Below are positions 1 through 12,686 of a stretch of 64,000 nt of DNA, piece by piece. The stretch's first letter is position 1, and each line of letters begins with the position of its first letter. The stretch lies in the NCBI GenBank assembly GCA_002633005.1, contig NMRA01000322.1, forward strand, positions 310,001 through 374,000, read 5' to 3'. Under the pieces are notes generated by a model that did not search any database, was not told the origin of the DNA, and was given only the letters and a program-made list of their open reading frames with translations. Origin of the DNA: Phoronis australis (Eukaryota > Animalia > Phoronida). Made by a program: the position numbers and the translations under genes.

Positions 1-180
1 GGAAATCCGCTCTTTAGAGGTGCACTTTTCAGCAAGGTGTTCAAACTGTAATAAACACATGTCTAGGAAGGTACTGTTATAAAACAGGGCTTAGGTATGG
101 TATAAGAATCTAAGTCTTCTTACCCGTCTACGCGCATATCAGAAAGTTTCTATTTCCGATCAGAGACCTTTTCAGCCTCC

Positions 181-322
181 CGTTCAGTAACGCTAGGACC
201 TCGCTAAAAAGCAAGACTTCGCGAGATTACGTGAGATATTGCAATGTATTTTAAATGAGAACACGTGACTTTGACTAGGTTTTAGCTAGGTCCTAGCGTA
301 GGTCCTAGCGTCTACTGAACGC
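181..322. mobile_element. Small MITE-like inverted-repeat element
   Basis: CGTTCAGTAACGCTAGGACCT at the left pairs with AGGTCCTAGCGTCTACTGAACG at the right. Confidence 0.55.
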
Positions 323-594
323 ACGCCAGAGTTTACTCAACGTCATGCGATCTGACCAACAAATGACGTGCAAGAATGTTAACAATTCTTACTAATAAAA
401 ACCCATGTTATATTTTTCACAAACCGAGACTTTGGCATTGCGAGTCACAACGGAAAAAAACGCAAGTCAGGTTATTAAGCGTGAACAAAATCTCAATTGC
501 CTTAGCAAAATGTGTATAGATTGCAAATCGTTGTCAGTTAATCCAAGAGATTGTGAGTAAAATCAGAGAACACAAGAGAATAAAAAAAACTTAC

Positions 595-1857
595 AGCATA
601 CGGAATCCAAAGAAAGAAAAATGTCGTCGTCGTTATCAGGCAAACTTTAGCAAATTGAATTTCTTTACGTTGACGCCACTGTCTTCTTATTTCGTTCTTG
701 AAAAAATTTCCCAACTTTTTCCATGCGGTGACTATATCGTTACTTAGTTCGACCTCCGATGGTTCGTTGGAAGCACTCTGCAGGGCCTCGTCTGTGTCTC
801 TACAGTTTAGCGAATGAGTCTTCGCTGAGCCATTAACACTTTCACTTACGCCATGTTCTTCTGCAATTACAGCTAATGTAGTCACATTAGGCAGTTGATA
901 CGGCAATTTGGTTTTTCCATTGGCAGAGGAAACATGTTTGCTTAAAGGCGAAAGGTTCTCGATAAGCATGTCCTGGCCAGTGGCGCCATTTCTTTTATCA
1001 ATTTTTGTTAGAGTTATGTTCACATCGTCACTAGACGCTATGTTATTAGTCTTCCGAGAGTTTGAAGGAGGCTCACGTTTGGTTAATTCTATTCCAAAAC
1101 CTCCGCTGTCTACTACGTCGAAAGCAGGGTTCGTGTTGCCCATTGTATACGAATTCGATGTGAATTTGTTTTCCCTTTTCTGGCGCCTTTTCTGAAACCG
1201 CGCGACAGCTACCGCTACGGAAATGTGGCAGAAGGTGAAAACTATTACTCCAAACAAGAAAATGACCCAAGTGGCCACCGCCATCAAAGTTTTATAAGTT
1301 GATCCCATTGTCCAATCGTTGAGGCAGAAGTACCAGGTTTTCAACACGCGAATTTGAGCTGGATCCAGGATAGGGGTTAAAGCGGAACTCCCGTAAGCAA
1401 ATATTATCATTGCCACTATGATGATCCTAACTGTTCGTGTAGTCATGGCAGATTTGTATCTGAGCGGCTTTATCAACGCAATATATCTATCTACTGAGAT
1501 AATAACGTTTGTGACGAAATTAAGTTTTAAGTACGAATATGCCATGAAGGATTGATACAAACAAAGGGGGCGACTGCTTCCCAGCCACTCTTGCCTAGCT
1601 AGAGACACAACAGACACTGTGTGTATGCAAACGACACATGTTAAATCAGAGGTCGCGATCAAGCAAATAAAAATATCCGGTATAGTTTTTTTGGCGCGAA
1701 CCACGTGCGCAGCGACGATGACCGTAAGCAAGTTGCCAATCAATGCAAACGGTAACACGCTACAGTAGAAGATGATGTGACGTATGTCGTTTTTGTCTGC
1801 GCATTCCATCGGATCGCTGAAGTTGCCAATACATCGAGCGTACGTTCCATTATCCAT
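595..1857 (-). CDS. Class A GPCR, prostanoid/EP4-like; main coding exon (TM1-TM6), last exon outside window
   Basis: Long ORF with hydrophobic TM segments, GN in TM1, SDL in TM2, SVDRY after TM3, ECL2 TWYFC, and TM6 EIQF...WIPY. N-terminal sequons NGT/NFS. First ATG (MDNGT) at 1857. GTAAGT donor at 594 directly after TM6, where prostanoid receptor genes characteristically have an intron. Confidence 0.85.
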
Positions 1858-2434
1858 TGCGATGACATTACTCTTCACGATATCTGGAAAAACATGCACC
1901 TGGATTAATTTTCTTGTTTCATATCATCGTGCAAGAGCTGTCGTGTGCAAAACGTAGATATACGTTACTAGCGTTTTGATCGTGTGACGAATTAATGATT
2001 TGGAAATTTAGACTTACTGTCAAATTGTTGGATTTTGGATATCAGGTGACAGCCGGGGGAGGTGGCAATGACCAGGGACTGGTAAAAGATTAATTGGTGT
2101 GATGTAGGAGACGAGCGGGGACTGGAAAAGGGTGAGGTGACATTGGTGACGACCAGGGACTGGTAAAACGAGGGGCAACGGATATTTAAAAAACTTTGTT
2201 TCATACCTGTTACAGTCACTGTTGTGACAATATGGACTTAGAAACCTGCGTATGGTCATGCACATGTAATCTAACATTTTGGTTTATATTTAAACATCGC
2301 CTTTAGTTTTATCAATGTTTTTACTTTCCTTTCAAAACCCAAGTACTGCATGGACAGGAACTTGTGGATTTCAACCAAAATTTATTTCTGTCACCGAACA
2401 TTTAAAAGTTACCCTGAGAGATAAAAGATTGTTC

Positions 2435-2519
2435 CCAGGTGATTAGTGCAATGGGCCCACATTCGAGGCCTGCGCACGTCTGGTACAACGTGTATCAGAT
2501 CGCCTGCAATTATTTTGTT
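2435..2519 (+). mobile_element. 5'-truncated retroposed copy of the SINE 3' tail
   Basis: Near-identical to 12605-12681; flanked by 14-bp TSD ATAAAAGATTGTTC (2421-2434 and 2520-2533). Confidence 0.85.
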
Positions 2520-2937
2520 ATAAAAGATTGTTCAGTTAAAACACTCCGTCATTGTTTCACAGAGTGGATTCTGGGGTTCAAAGTGATCTGTCCTCCACCT
2601 GATTAAAGCCCCAAAAGTGTTTGTAACGCTTTCTGGTTCATCAGATTTCATAAGGAGTTTCAAGCTTGTCCTACGGTTGACATTTATAAGTACTTAGCGT
2701 TTTTGTTCAGTTAAATTTACAAGCGATTTAGTTGCAGTCGATATGTTTACAGGTTGAAATAGGGTTTAGTATCCCTTTAAGACAGGACACCCACCTGCGC
2801 CAACATGCTCCTATGTGCAAGACACGTGCACAAAAATTAAAAAAAAAACTAGCGATATTTCGGGTATAAGCGCATGAACTTAAATACGGATGCATTTTTC
2901 TACCGTTTTCTTTGAGGCAACACTCGCCATGGGAGCG

Positions 2938-3271
2938 TTCTGTCTCATTTTGTCTTCCCATGTACCAAGCATGGACTCGTCCAGCTTGACTTTGTCGAAG
3001 AAAGTTCTGTACCATTTTGTCTTCCCATGTGCCAAGCATGGACTCGTCCAACTTGACTTTGTCGAAGAAAGTTCTGTCTCATTTTGTCTTCCCATGTGCC
3101 AAGCATGGACTCGTCCAACTTGACTTTGTCGAAGAAAGTTTTGTCTCATTTTGTCTTCCCATGTGCCAAGCATGGACTCGTCCAACTTGACTTTGTCGAA
3201 GAAAGTTTTGTCTCATTTTGTCTTCCCATGTGCCAAGCATGGACTCGTCCAACTTGACTTTGTCGAAGAAA
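2938..3271. repeat. Minisatellite, 67-bp unit x5
   Basis: Unit TGTCTCATTTTGTCTTCCCATGTGCCAAGCATGGACTCGTCCAACTTGACTTTGTCGAAGAAAGTT(T/C) starts at 2941, 3008, 3075, 3142, 3209. Confidence 0.95.
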
Positions 3272-4639
3272 ATTACCTCGTACTTTAGGCTCGTCATTAG
3301 TCATGAGAACAAATTTTAGCCGTTGTTTGTTTGCGAATATACCCTTGGATTCAATCTTTCTTGTAATCATTCATCGTTCATTCATTCATTCAACGATGCA
3401 GAATTTTCAAGTACTCGTCTAGAACAATGTCCTGCTTCAAGCCATTGCACTCTGTTGATTGTTTCCCCAGACGCAGTAGAAGTAGGCCTTGTAACTGTAG
3501 TAGTCAATAGTCCAGGTAATTGTCCACTACCATTAAAAGGAAACCCGTTGGTTTATTTTGATTATCATTAGATTTCAAAAATGCGCAGTCTCATTAAATT
3601 GCAAATATGCGACTGAAGCACCACTTTACAAACAACCCCGGGTCCTCCAGTGTGCCGGAAACCATCCGAGAACGAGTTACCATTGCAAGTTATCATTACA
3701 ATCTCGCGAAAGTCTCGTTTTGCGAGATTATTTTATGTAAATGAGTATTATGATATTCCATCGTTACCTTAATGAAACAAGACGCAGTTGTTATTATTTG
3801 TTTATTTCATTATCAAATAACGATTGCGTAATATTTGGAATTACTGTAGTTTTTTTATATGTTTACACTTGTTTTTATTTACATTACAAATTGTTTCTTT
3901 TCCTGATTATACTTGTTCCTACAGTTCTCCAGGACGTCACTAGGTCTCGCCATATGCCAAAAAATCATATTATTGTTAGTCACTGAGTTCGAAATAGTGA
4001 ACCTTTGTAGTTCAGATTATAAAGCAAAATTCTTTACTTCTGAACAAGTTCATTTCTTCTATTTCCCCCACGTATTTCATGGTGGGCAGCATGAGTGAAA
4101 AAAAAACCTGTAAATGACTAAAATGACTACGAGGAAACAAATTTTCACAAAATATCATGAGATGATCCTTCCATGTGAAAATTTTCCCACGTTAAAAATC
4201 AACTGAACCACTGAAGTATGGACTAAAATAACCAGTCAATTGACAGTTTAATTGGGTGCTTACAAATTACATTCAATTTACGTTTGACCTGTGTTTAAGT
4301 GAACATCATGGAAATCAATAAGAATTCAGAGCATCTAAAAGGCTTAACATTATCCATTGCCTTGCGGGAGTTGGATAGTAAGCGAGACGTAAAAATTTAT
4401 ATAGGAATTCGTAGTGAAAAAGTTTGACAGTTTCACCTATGCAAGGATGCAGTCACAATTTGTAATATATGAAAGAGTGAGTTCCGATGATTTCCAATGA
4501 CTACACGAAAACTATTGGAGATAGCCAAGAGTCCCTCAACTTATCGTTGTTTAGGTGAACACAGCATTCTCATCTGTACAAACCTTTTCACTTTCGCAAA
4601 GCAATAAAAAATTATAGTTCTGTCGGGGTAATGGAAGAA

Positions 4640-4830
4640 GCACCGAGACCTTAAGTGAATTCCATAAGTTGTTGTATTTGTAAAATGTAAGGATATTTTG
4701 GATTGTTTCGAATACTTTGTTTAGGGAATTAAGTATGGTTGTCGATAAGGAGGTAGTAATTTATTTGTAAGTTCCATTATGGATTCCTTTTGAGTATCTG
4801 AACCATACTTCCATGTTTCCAAGTTGACGG
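4640..4830 (-). pseudogene. Decayed CR1/L2-type LINE reverse transcriptase fragment
   Basis: Frameshifted minus-strand translation PSTWKHGSMVQILK...NY...SLNKVFETIQ...FYKYNNL resembles the P..WK.A.V.PI.K / NYRPISLL..LSKVFE region of non-LTR RT. Confidence 0.55.
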
Positions 4831-5654
4831 CTATAAATCATGGTGAGGAAGTGAGTTTCAAAGACCTACGGTAGTACCAGTTCATCACTGCTTGACGCAC
4901 GGTAGGAGCATAAAACTCAGATCAACCGGGTAACATGTATTTCTTAACCCTGTTTCCATTAGCACATCACGAGTTTGTTGTTTGGGAGCATTACGGTATA
5001 AATTTGCCCGGATTACTTCAGATTGTCAGAACTTATCGCTGGACTTCGCTGTTTTGGGTCAAATAATATAGATATCAAAATTGGCTTCAGACTGTAGTCT
5101 GATCTAAACGGTAAGATTTGCACGAAAACTTCGTTCCACGCTTCTTAAAAATTGCTATATTCAAATATTCAAACGAACTACCATAATATTAAGTGATTCT
5201 TCAGAAGAAAACGTGACACCATGGAGTGGCTTTTCTGCCAGTTTGCCAAATCCATCTTTTAAGTTACGTTAAAACATTATTGGATGTTCGGACCGCACGT
5301 CCTGATGCTGTGATACCTTGCATGAAAGTATTTTGTGATTTAATAGTGCAATTATAAGTGCTACCTAGTTCTCGACATGAATAATTGACACAAAGTCTCT
5401 TTTTAATTTTAAGTTATCTCTGGATGACTTCTGTTTTGCCTACATATTCCTGAATTTTTGTCCGAATGGGAGAGCAGCTNACCCCCCCCCCCCCCAGCAC
5501 CACCACCACCACCACCCTGAGTAACATACCTATGCAACAAAAGCAAACAGTCAATTAATTCTTCTGAAGCCCAATTGAGTAAGAAACCAGTTGTAGTAAG
5601 TGAAATGTTCTCCTGCGGGCATTATTGAAATGAATTGAGGTCATCTTATAATAC

Positions 5655-6047
5655 AGGCAGAGTGCAACCGTCTCGACCAGCGGTAGAGACGGTGGCCATC
5701 CCATAGGCCACTCAAGTCGGAAGCTTTTCGGCGAATTATGCGTCACACTTGTTAAATCGCCAAAGTAACGTTGCTATAAAGTACTTTGGCGCACAGAGGG
5801 ACACGTTGGGAGGCCGCGGACGTCTCTAATTCCTTCCAACTCGAACAAATACTCCCCTAATCTAAATTTTTAGCAGCCCTTCGTTCATTTGTCCAAATCG
5901 GCGACTAGCCATTTTGCACTGTTCGCACCAGGAGATATGATGGTTTTTTATGTGTGAGACATAATTCGCCAAAAATCTTCCGGCGCATGAAGGGCCCATG
6001 CGATGGCCACCGTTTTTACTGTTACTTGAGACGGTGGCACTGTCTAT
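5655..6047. mobile_element. Non-autonomous DNA element with imperfect inverted arms of about 85 bp
   Basis: GTGCAACCGTCTC...TTCGGCGAATTATGCGTCACA versus TGTGAGACATAATTCGCC...GAGACGGTGGCAC; related sequence at 27050-27380. Confidence 0.65.
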
Positions 6048-7309
6048 TGCAACAGTAAATGGTTTAAATCAAGAGTTATTTTATCGATACGTAGACGGAT
6101 ATAGTTTACATAACCATTTATTACCCCCAAAGAAACATAAACATTAGTGATTATTTATGATAAGGGAGATTTACAAAAGGCTTTGGAGTAGCGTTTCTGA
6201 AGTCTATTGCGGTTATCTAAAATAATCTATACATATATTTAACACTAAGTCATTAGCAATTTAATGAGTGTTAATGAGGGAAAATTAACAAAACTATACA
6301 TTACACCATGAAAAAACATATATTAAGAGGTAAATAATTGAAGTGTGTTAACAAAAGATATGCTTCATTCCTACAAACGGGTGTTTGATTTGGCAGACAT
6401 AAAACGTAAAGAGAACTGAGAAAGACATTCAGTATGAACAAAAAAACAAATGGTTGCAACCAGAGCACTGGCTGGATGCGGTGACTGATTTGAGAAAATT
6501 TGAAAAACATTGAATTGACTGGGTTGCGATTTTTCTAAGAACAATTTCAGGATAACAATTAGTGCTAATTAGTTTTGTACTGAACTATCTTAAGCGATTT
6601 CAGGAATTTTTATTGGCTGTTATGTCACTTTAATAAACAGCCTCATTCTTATTTCATCTTATTTCGAAGTTGGCTTGGCTGTTTTTGACCCGCCGACACC
6701 GCGCTCAATATAAAAGGGCCTTATACATAATCAACTGTTAAAACAATGATGAAATATCCCTTTGTGATACGACACAAACAACTCTTCTCGTCAAAGCATT
6801 TCCAAAATTTTGTACGCTATAGATTTATATATGAATAAAAATATGAAATTACTTCAAACTTTCGCCCTATCTTTTAAAAAAATCTGTTATCGGACATGAA
6901 CAAACTTCACTGTAATCGAAACGTACCATAGAGATTACCGTAATCTAATTTTCCCTGAAGTCTCTTGCTCATTAGTCTGTGTATTTCTACTTGTTTGCCT
7001 TCAATCAGCCAAACTAGTAAATTTGCTTCCATTTATTCGCACTGTCTTGTACAATTGAAATCGATGTTTTACTTTGTATCCCAACAACATGAAAGTTTAA
7101 GCTGAGCAGAAAGCAAGTTGTTATGACCTTATCTACTAGACGGTGTATTTAGATAAATAACTACAAAACTAAAGATTTTATCTCAGTAAAAATATTTTTT
7201 CTGAAAGTAGAAAGCCAGAGAAATTTGATTTTGGTTATTATTTGGATCACGTGACCGTGTCTTTTTTATTAAAAATTAGCAAAAAAAAGAAAGAAACATC
7301 CATAGCAAA

Positions 7310-7494
7310 CCAACGGTACGAATAACATGGCAACGGTATGAATAACATGGCAACGGTATGAATAACATGGCAACGGTATGAATAACATGGTAACGGCGTG
7401 AATAACATGGCAACGATATGAATAACATGGCAACGGTATGAATAACATGGCAGCGGTATGAATAACATGGCAACGGTATGAATAACATGGCAAC
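7310..7494. repeat. Minisatellite, 20-bp unit, about 9 copies
   Basis: CAACGGTATGAATAACATGG repeated. Confidence 0.95.
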
Positions 7495-9119
7495 ATTTCG
7501 TTCCATCTGTTCAAAATGAAATTACAGTTTTCGTAGTCCTTTTCGTTATATGCAACTTCTGATTTTTTCATGAGTCATAAAAGATGTAATTTGATAGCTC
7601 CTCATGTAAAAGTGGAAACTTTTAAAAACAATTCCTGATGGTGTTTTGGAGAACGGTGCATAAGGAATAGTGTATGAAAGTTTCATGATATGAATACAAT
7701 AAGTCATTTCTGAGATAAGATGTTCCAAAGTTTGCCAAATTTGGCCATGTTTCGAGTACCCTACGTATAACATACCTACTCACTTTACACACGAGCAGTC
7801 ACAACGGAAGGAGTTTTACCTTAATCTCATTTAACAACGCTCCTAAGTTTTACAATCAATATGGATCTTTTCAGAAGTTTATTTTGTACATTTGAAAGCG
7901 TCCAAATGACAATGTGTCAAGCTTTAGCGCAGGATTATCTAGCCACGGAGACGGTTCTTATATGGCTTTGGGCAGTGTTGGTTATGAGGGAGGGTTTGGT
8001 GGTAACATAAAAATGTGCCATGAGTTTCTGCAGTGTGTTGCTATTTTTCATTCACTAGATAATGAACTTTTCTCAGAGGCAAGATTCACGTTTAGGTCGT
8101 GCCCCCAACTTAAGCTACCGAGGGCCACAATTAGTATGCGGGAGACACAGGGTGCAACTGACTTACGCCGATATTTTGTCTATGTCGTCAACGTACGATG
8201 AAGTGGGGAAGTTGAAACCCGTCGTACATTCAAAACACTGCCGAAATGTCGTGGACATTGTTCGCCCTGAGAGACATGAAAATCAAGTTTTTGAAAGTAT
8301 CGTCTTCCCAAAAAGACTACTTTTGGCCCACCGGTAAAGTACATCGAGACTAGGTTCTACTCACCGAACACCTTGTCGTAGTCTATGACGCATCGTCGTA
8401 TTTTCAATACAGCGCCGGACGGCTTTGTTAACTTGCCTGCTATTGACCGTTTCTTCGTCGAGAGCATTCCCTCGGCAATGAAGCGAGTGACAGATAATTA
8501 CATAAAGACCAACCTATTGAATATGTTTCAATACTCATTCAACCAGTATTTATATTGGGCAAGCCGTTGAAGCACGATGGCCGTGCGGGCTACAATACCA
8601 TATATTTACAGGCTTTTACAATAGGCGATCCAATTCAAAATCGTCGAGCGCAAATCCCCAACAAACAGAAATTTTTACTTGGCCGCGAAAGGAAAATTTC
8701 TTCAAGTTTGTTGCTACGTCTTGAAGTTTTTAAAAGTTTGTTTTTACGCACGCTACACGACGCATTTTTCGCCCGATAGCCACTGCGAGTGAAATACTAC
8801 GCCTAAGGTTGTAAAAATTACAGAGACTAACTATTGGGGCGAAATTGGCCAAAATGTGGTGTTGTGGCGGCCCTTTTTCGACTGTTCGCTTTATCTATGC
8901 GGTCATTTGAAGCTTATCGTCCCCAATACACTATATATAATACCACAAAGTATGACACTCATGACTATAGCGTGTTATTATGTGTTGCAAAATTCAATGC
9001 TATCAACATTTATGTTTCATAAGATTATATGTATTCAATGTTCATTACTATTGTATTCAATTTTTTGAAAATTTCTGTTCGATGTTAATATATGTATTCA
9101 ATCTGTTTTGTATTTGTGT

Positions 9120-9531
9120 TGAAGCACATACATGTACAATTAACACCTATCTGGCCGATTTAACCGGTGTGTTATTCATACTGTATGAATACAGGATAGT
9201 AGGCCTATCGTAGCCTAAACAAAAGTCATCGACAGTGGAAAGATGCATTCCGAAAAGGCGCAACCACAATTTGTAGGATTCACATTTCCTGAACACAAAT
9301 TTTGTGCACCGATTTGTCTGTAGCAACAGACCTCATTTACACTTTGAACAGTCTATCAGTCATGCCAGCATGCAGAGTATCTATGATGCCAGATTGTTTG
9401 CGTAAAGCGCTGTCTGTTGAGAATTCGACTACCCAATCAGAAACGCAGGTGTAAAAAATTTCCCGAAGAAAATTAAGTGATATCTGCGTGGTGGCTACTG
9501 ACCACCTAGCAGCACGCACGGAACCAGCGAG
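9120..9531 (-). repeat. Interspersed repeat, inverted copy of 27383-27750
   Basis: Reverse complement matches across about 400 bp (e.g. GCACCGATTTGTCTGTAGCAACAGACCTCATTTAC). Confidence 0.85.
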
Positions 9532-11954
9532 AGGGATGGTTCTGACTGAGTTTACCCTTTTAGAAGTGTTCATAAATGGAAATGGTAAGATAAAGTAAAA
9601 AAATTGATGAGGAATGGATTAGGACATGATTGGTGATTATGACGTTGAGTGTACACTTTCAGGATTTTCCCTGGTGAGAGTGACGAGGCAGTAACTTAAA
9701 AAAGTATATTTTCTCATATTTTTCTCAAAAAAGTTAAAAGTGTACACTCAGGGTTGAAAGCAGAATTTGTATCCAATAGTTTGATGTAAATATCATTAAA
9801 ATCGGTTCAGTAACGGCCATTTAGCTGCTGAAAGTTTCACCTTACTGTAAGTCACAAGAATTTACTGGTGAGTGAAAAATGAATGAAGAGCTCGCTTTAC
9901 TACAGGTCTTAAAAATGTTCATTAATGCTCAAATTTTTTTGTTATGGATATCTATAGAAAGAAGAATTAAATGTTTCACTGGCATACTTTTCATTTTCCA
10001 CCACTTAGCATGCTATAAGTGTGCTAGTGAAAATCATGAAAAATGGCAAAATTTCGCTCTTGCTGAATTTCCGCCATAGTGCTCAACCTACTGTAGGTCC
10101 GAACAGCGCTGGAACACGCTGGCAGGCATATGCAGTGGTTTCCTCAATAAGGGTTGAAGAACAACACGGGTTCCAGACCCTACTCTTTTGTGAAGTGATT
10201 AAATACCATACTTTTCGTTGATTAACTTGGCATTGGTACGCAAAATGTATCTCGAACGAGACCGCTGACAGCCGGTGTCGACGCTGTTGACTCAGGCATG
10301 GTCTAAGAGTTCTACTGACTGTGGTCGTTTTCCGCATCTTTGGTTGTTGTCGTCCATGGACATGGTGTCGCTGGCATCGTCGTCAGTCATCCCTTCTTGA
10401 GTTCATTTCGCCTAGTGCATCGCTCCGTCAGCCTACTGAACGCGTTCATTTGATGCTGTGTTGGGTGACACCGTTCCGACGCGAAGCTGGCATAATTGTC
10501 TGGAAATCGCCCTACGTACTAGTGCCGATCGCTATGAACGCCGCCATTTTCAGTGGCTATGCTATTGTATGCTGCGCATCAGTACGCTAAAATTAAAGTG
10601 CATTGATGAAAGTCAAGGAATATCTTAGCCTTTGCAAACACACCTTTTGTACAATGGTGTGGTGGTAATTCATAACGAAGGATCATCGAGCAACAGATAC
10701 TAGGCGACTCTACGAGGCCAGTGCAGGGTTCAGTTGTATTGACTAGCTACGTAGGATGAGGATCCGGGATAAGTCCATTAACTTATGCAACGAGATGACG
10801 GTCAGACGTACTCATAAAGGTCAATATGCATACAACAGAAGCAATTACTAGACCACAGTTTACAGCATTAGAACCGCGAACATGGAAATGTAGGTCTTCA
10901 CAAATGGTTAGAAAAAAAAGGTACGCGGCGGGGCGACTGCGCCCGAGGAACTCCACTTGGCCAACGGTACTGTTTGGTTATTGTCATAAACAAGTAGATC
11001 TATTTTACTCAGAAAAATATTCAAAACCAAACAAACCTACATTGATGTTGAAAAATACACAGAATCTTTTATACATCGCGCGCAGAAGGAAAAGCAGAAG
11101 GTACGATCAAAAACTTTTTAAAATCTTTCTACATATCACTATACAGGAGACGTGTCTGCCAGTATTTTAAAACCCGCCTACAGTCAACGTGTGTAATGCA
11201 CGCATTTGCACCAAGGAGATTACCGAAGTCATCGGGCTAGTCGATATTCGGTGGACGGAGAAAAGCGCTGGGGCCGTATTTCCGTTCAAATCCGTAAGCC
11301 GGCTTCAGCCGCCGTACTCATCCGACCAATATCGTCCGACTCAGTGGCCAGTCCATTTTAACCGCTCCAAAAGCAGGCATACATCCATATCAAGAACATT
11401 TTGATGTTCATCAATGTAGGCCTAGTCGCCGTTGCGGGCAAAATGTTCGTACATTTTTCGATAACAAAAAACATCCCTACTCTCTTAAGCATCACAACTG
11501 TGCATCTGTAGTTTGTTCGGGTGATCTCACCCCCGCCTACTCTCCTTAGCATCCCAACTATGCATTTGTAGCTTGTTCGGGTGTTCTCACGGCCGACTCT
11601 CGCCGCGACCAATTTGGACGTCGTGAAAAGTCAAATTCAAGTATCACTTAGCTGATGGATACTTGAGTTTCCATGTGAAACGTAATCGTTGTTTATTTCC
11701 AAGTCGAGTGAAGCTAATCATGGTTAAGGTCTTCCAAATGGACAAAAAATCAACAACAAAAAATCATTCAAACAGGCTTTTAAAATTCGCCACAAAAGTG
11801 CAACAAAAGGGCATCTTTTACCAGTGAGAGTGCATTGAAAATCAAAGTTTTTGAACTGTTGTAAATGCAGTAAAACAGTAAACAAAAAAGAAATATTTAA
11901 AACAGAGTGATAACAAGCAACACATTTATGGGATAGAGCGGGTGGACAACAGTA

Positions 11955-12070
11955 ACATAGGTCCCACCTAAAGGAGTGACATAGGTCCCACCTAATGGAG
12001 TGACATATAGGTACCACCTAATGGAATGACATAGGTCCCACCTAAAGGAGTGACATATAGGTCCCACATA
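11955..12070. repeat. Minisatellite, about 24-bp unit, about 5 copies
   Basis: GACATAGGTCCCACCTAAAGGAGT variants. Confidence 0.9.
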
Positions 12071-12466
12071 AAGGTGCATATAAAAACAATATCATGCAGA
12101 CTAAATCAACACTATTTCTTATTTGTCTCATATAACAAGCACAGGAATCATCAAATAATACAACTTTGACTCACACATTTTCTCCATTTTAGAAAGTCTA
12201 ATCTCCAATTAAGTGCATACATACACGCATATACAACATTGCCATGACTCAGACAAAACCTGTCAATCAAGACTTCCAGGAGAAGAGCGAACAGGAAGTA
12301 ACAATCCCATGAAGGCGCAAAGTTTTAAATTGGTGCTAATTGTCTCAGAGGAAAGACTGTGTGTACTCTTACACAAGATTTAGCGACACCTACATGCATA
12401 CATCATAAACATGGACCAATGGTCAGAGGACAATATAAGGACTAACGAAAAGCAATGTTGCTCAAA

Positions 12467-12686
12467 GAGGAGACAGTGTGGCCTGGTTCTTTACTCGAGG
12501 TCGTGGGTTCGAGTCCCACCGGGTCACACTGCTAAACCCTTGAGCCAGGTTTCTAGCTTCTCAGCTCGGTTTTAACCACATACTAATAAAGCATAAAAAT
12601 ATTTCCAGGTGATCAGTGCAATGGGCCCACATGCGAGGCCTGCGCACATCTGGAACAACGTGTATCAGACCACCTGCAATTAAAAA
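12467..12686 (+). mobile_element. tRNA-derived SINE
   Basis: A-box-like GTGGCCTGG, B-box GGTTCGAGTCCC, A-rich tail, 13-bp TSD AATGTTGCTCAAA (12454-12466 and 12687-12699). Confidence 0.88.

Noticed and set aside
538-594. C-terminal part of the 453-aa ORF as the true GPCR end
   Set aside because: It follows a GTAAGT donor and lacks TM7 motifs, so it is intron read-through. The GTG start at 1899 is also not the likely initiator.
2620-2650. Minus-strand CTGATGA...GAAA resembling a hammerhead core (similar hits near 31400 and 51685)
   Set aside because: No stem II can form here, and the other hits lack a correctly placed GAAA.
2938-3271. Regular 67-bp repeats suggesting a CRISPR array or repetitive ORFs
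   Set aside because: Units are identical head to tail with no unique spacers, no cas genes, and a eukaryotic context; the ORFs are repeat artefacts.
10040-10600. Possible Kolobok-associated or other transposon coding remnant
   Set aside because: Multiple stops and only a 4-residue resemblance (LPAC); unsupported without a search.
12475-12530. tRNA gene
   Set aside because: Only A- and B-box-like parts, no full cloverleaf; TSD and tail identify it as a SINE head.
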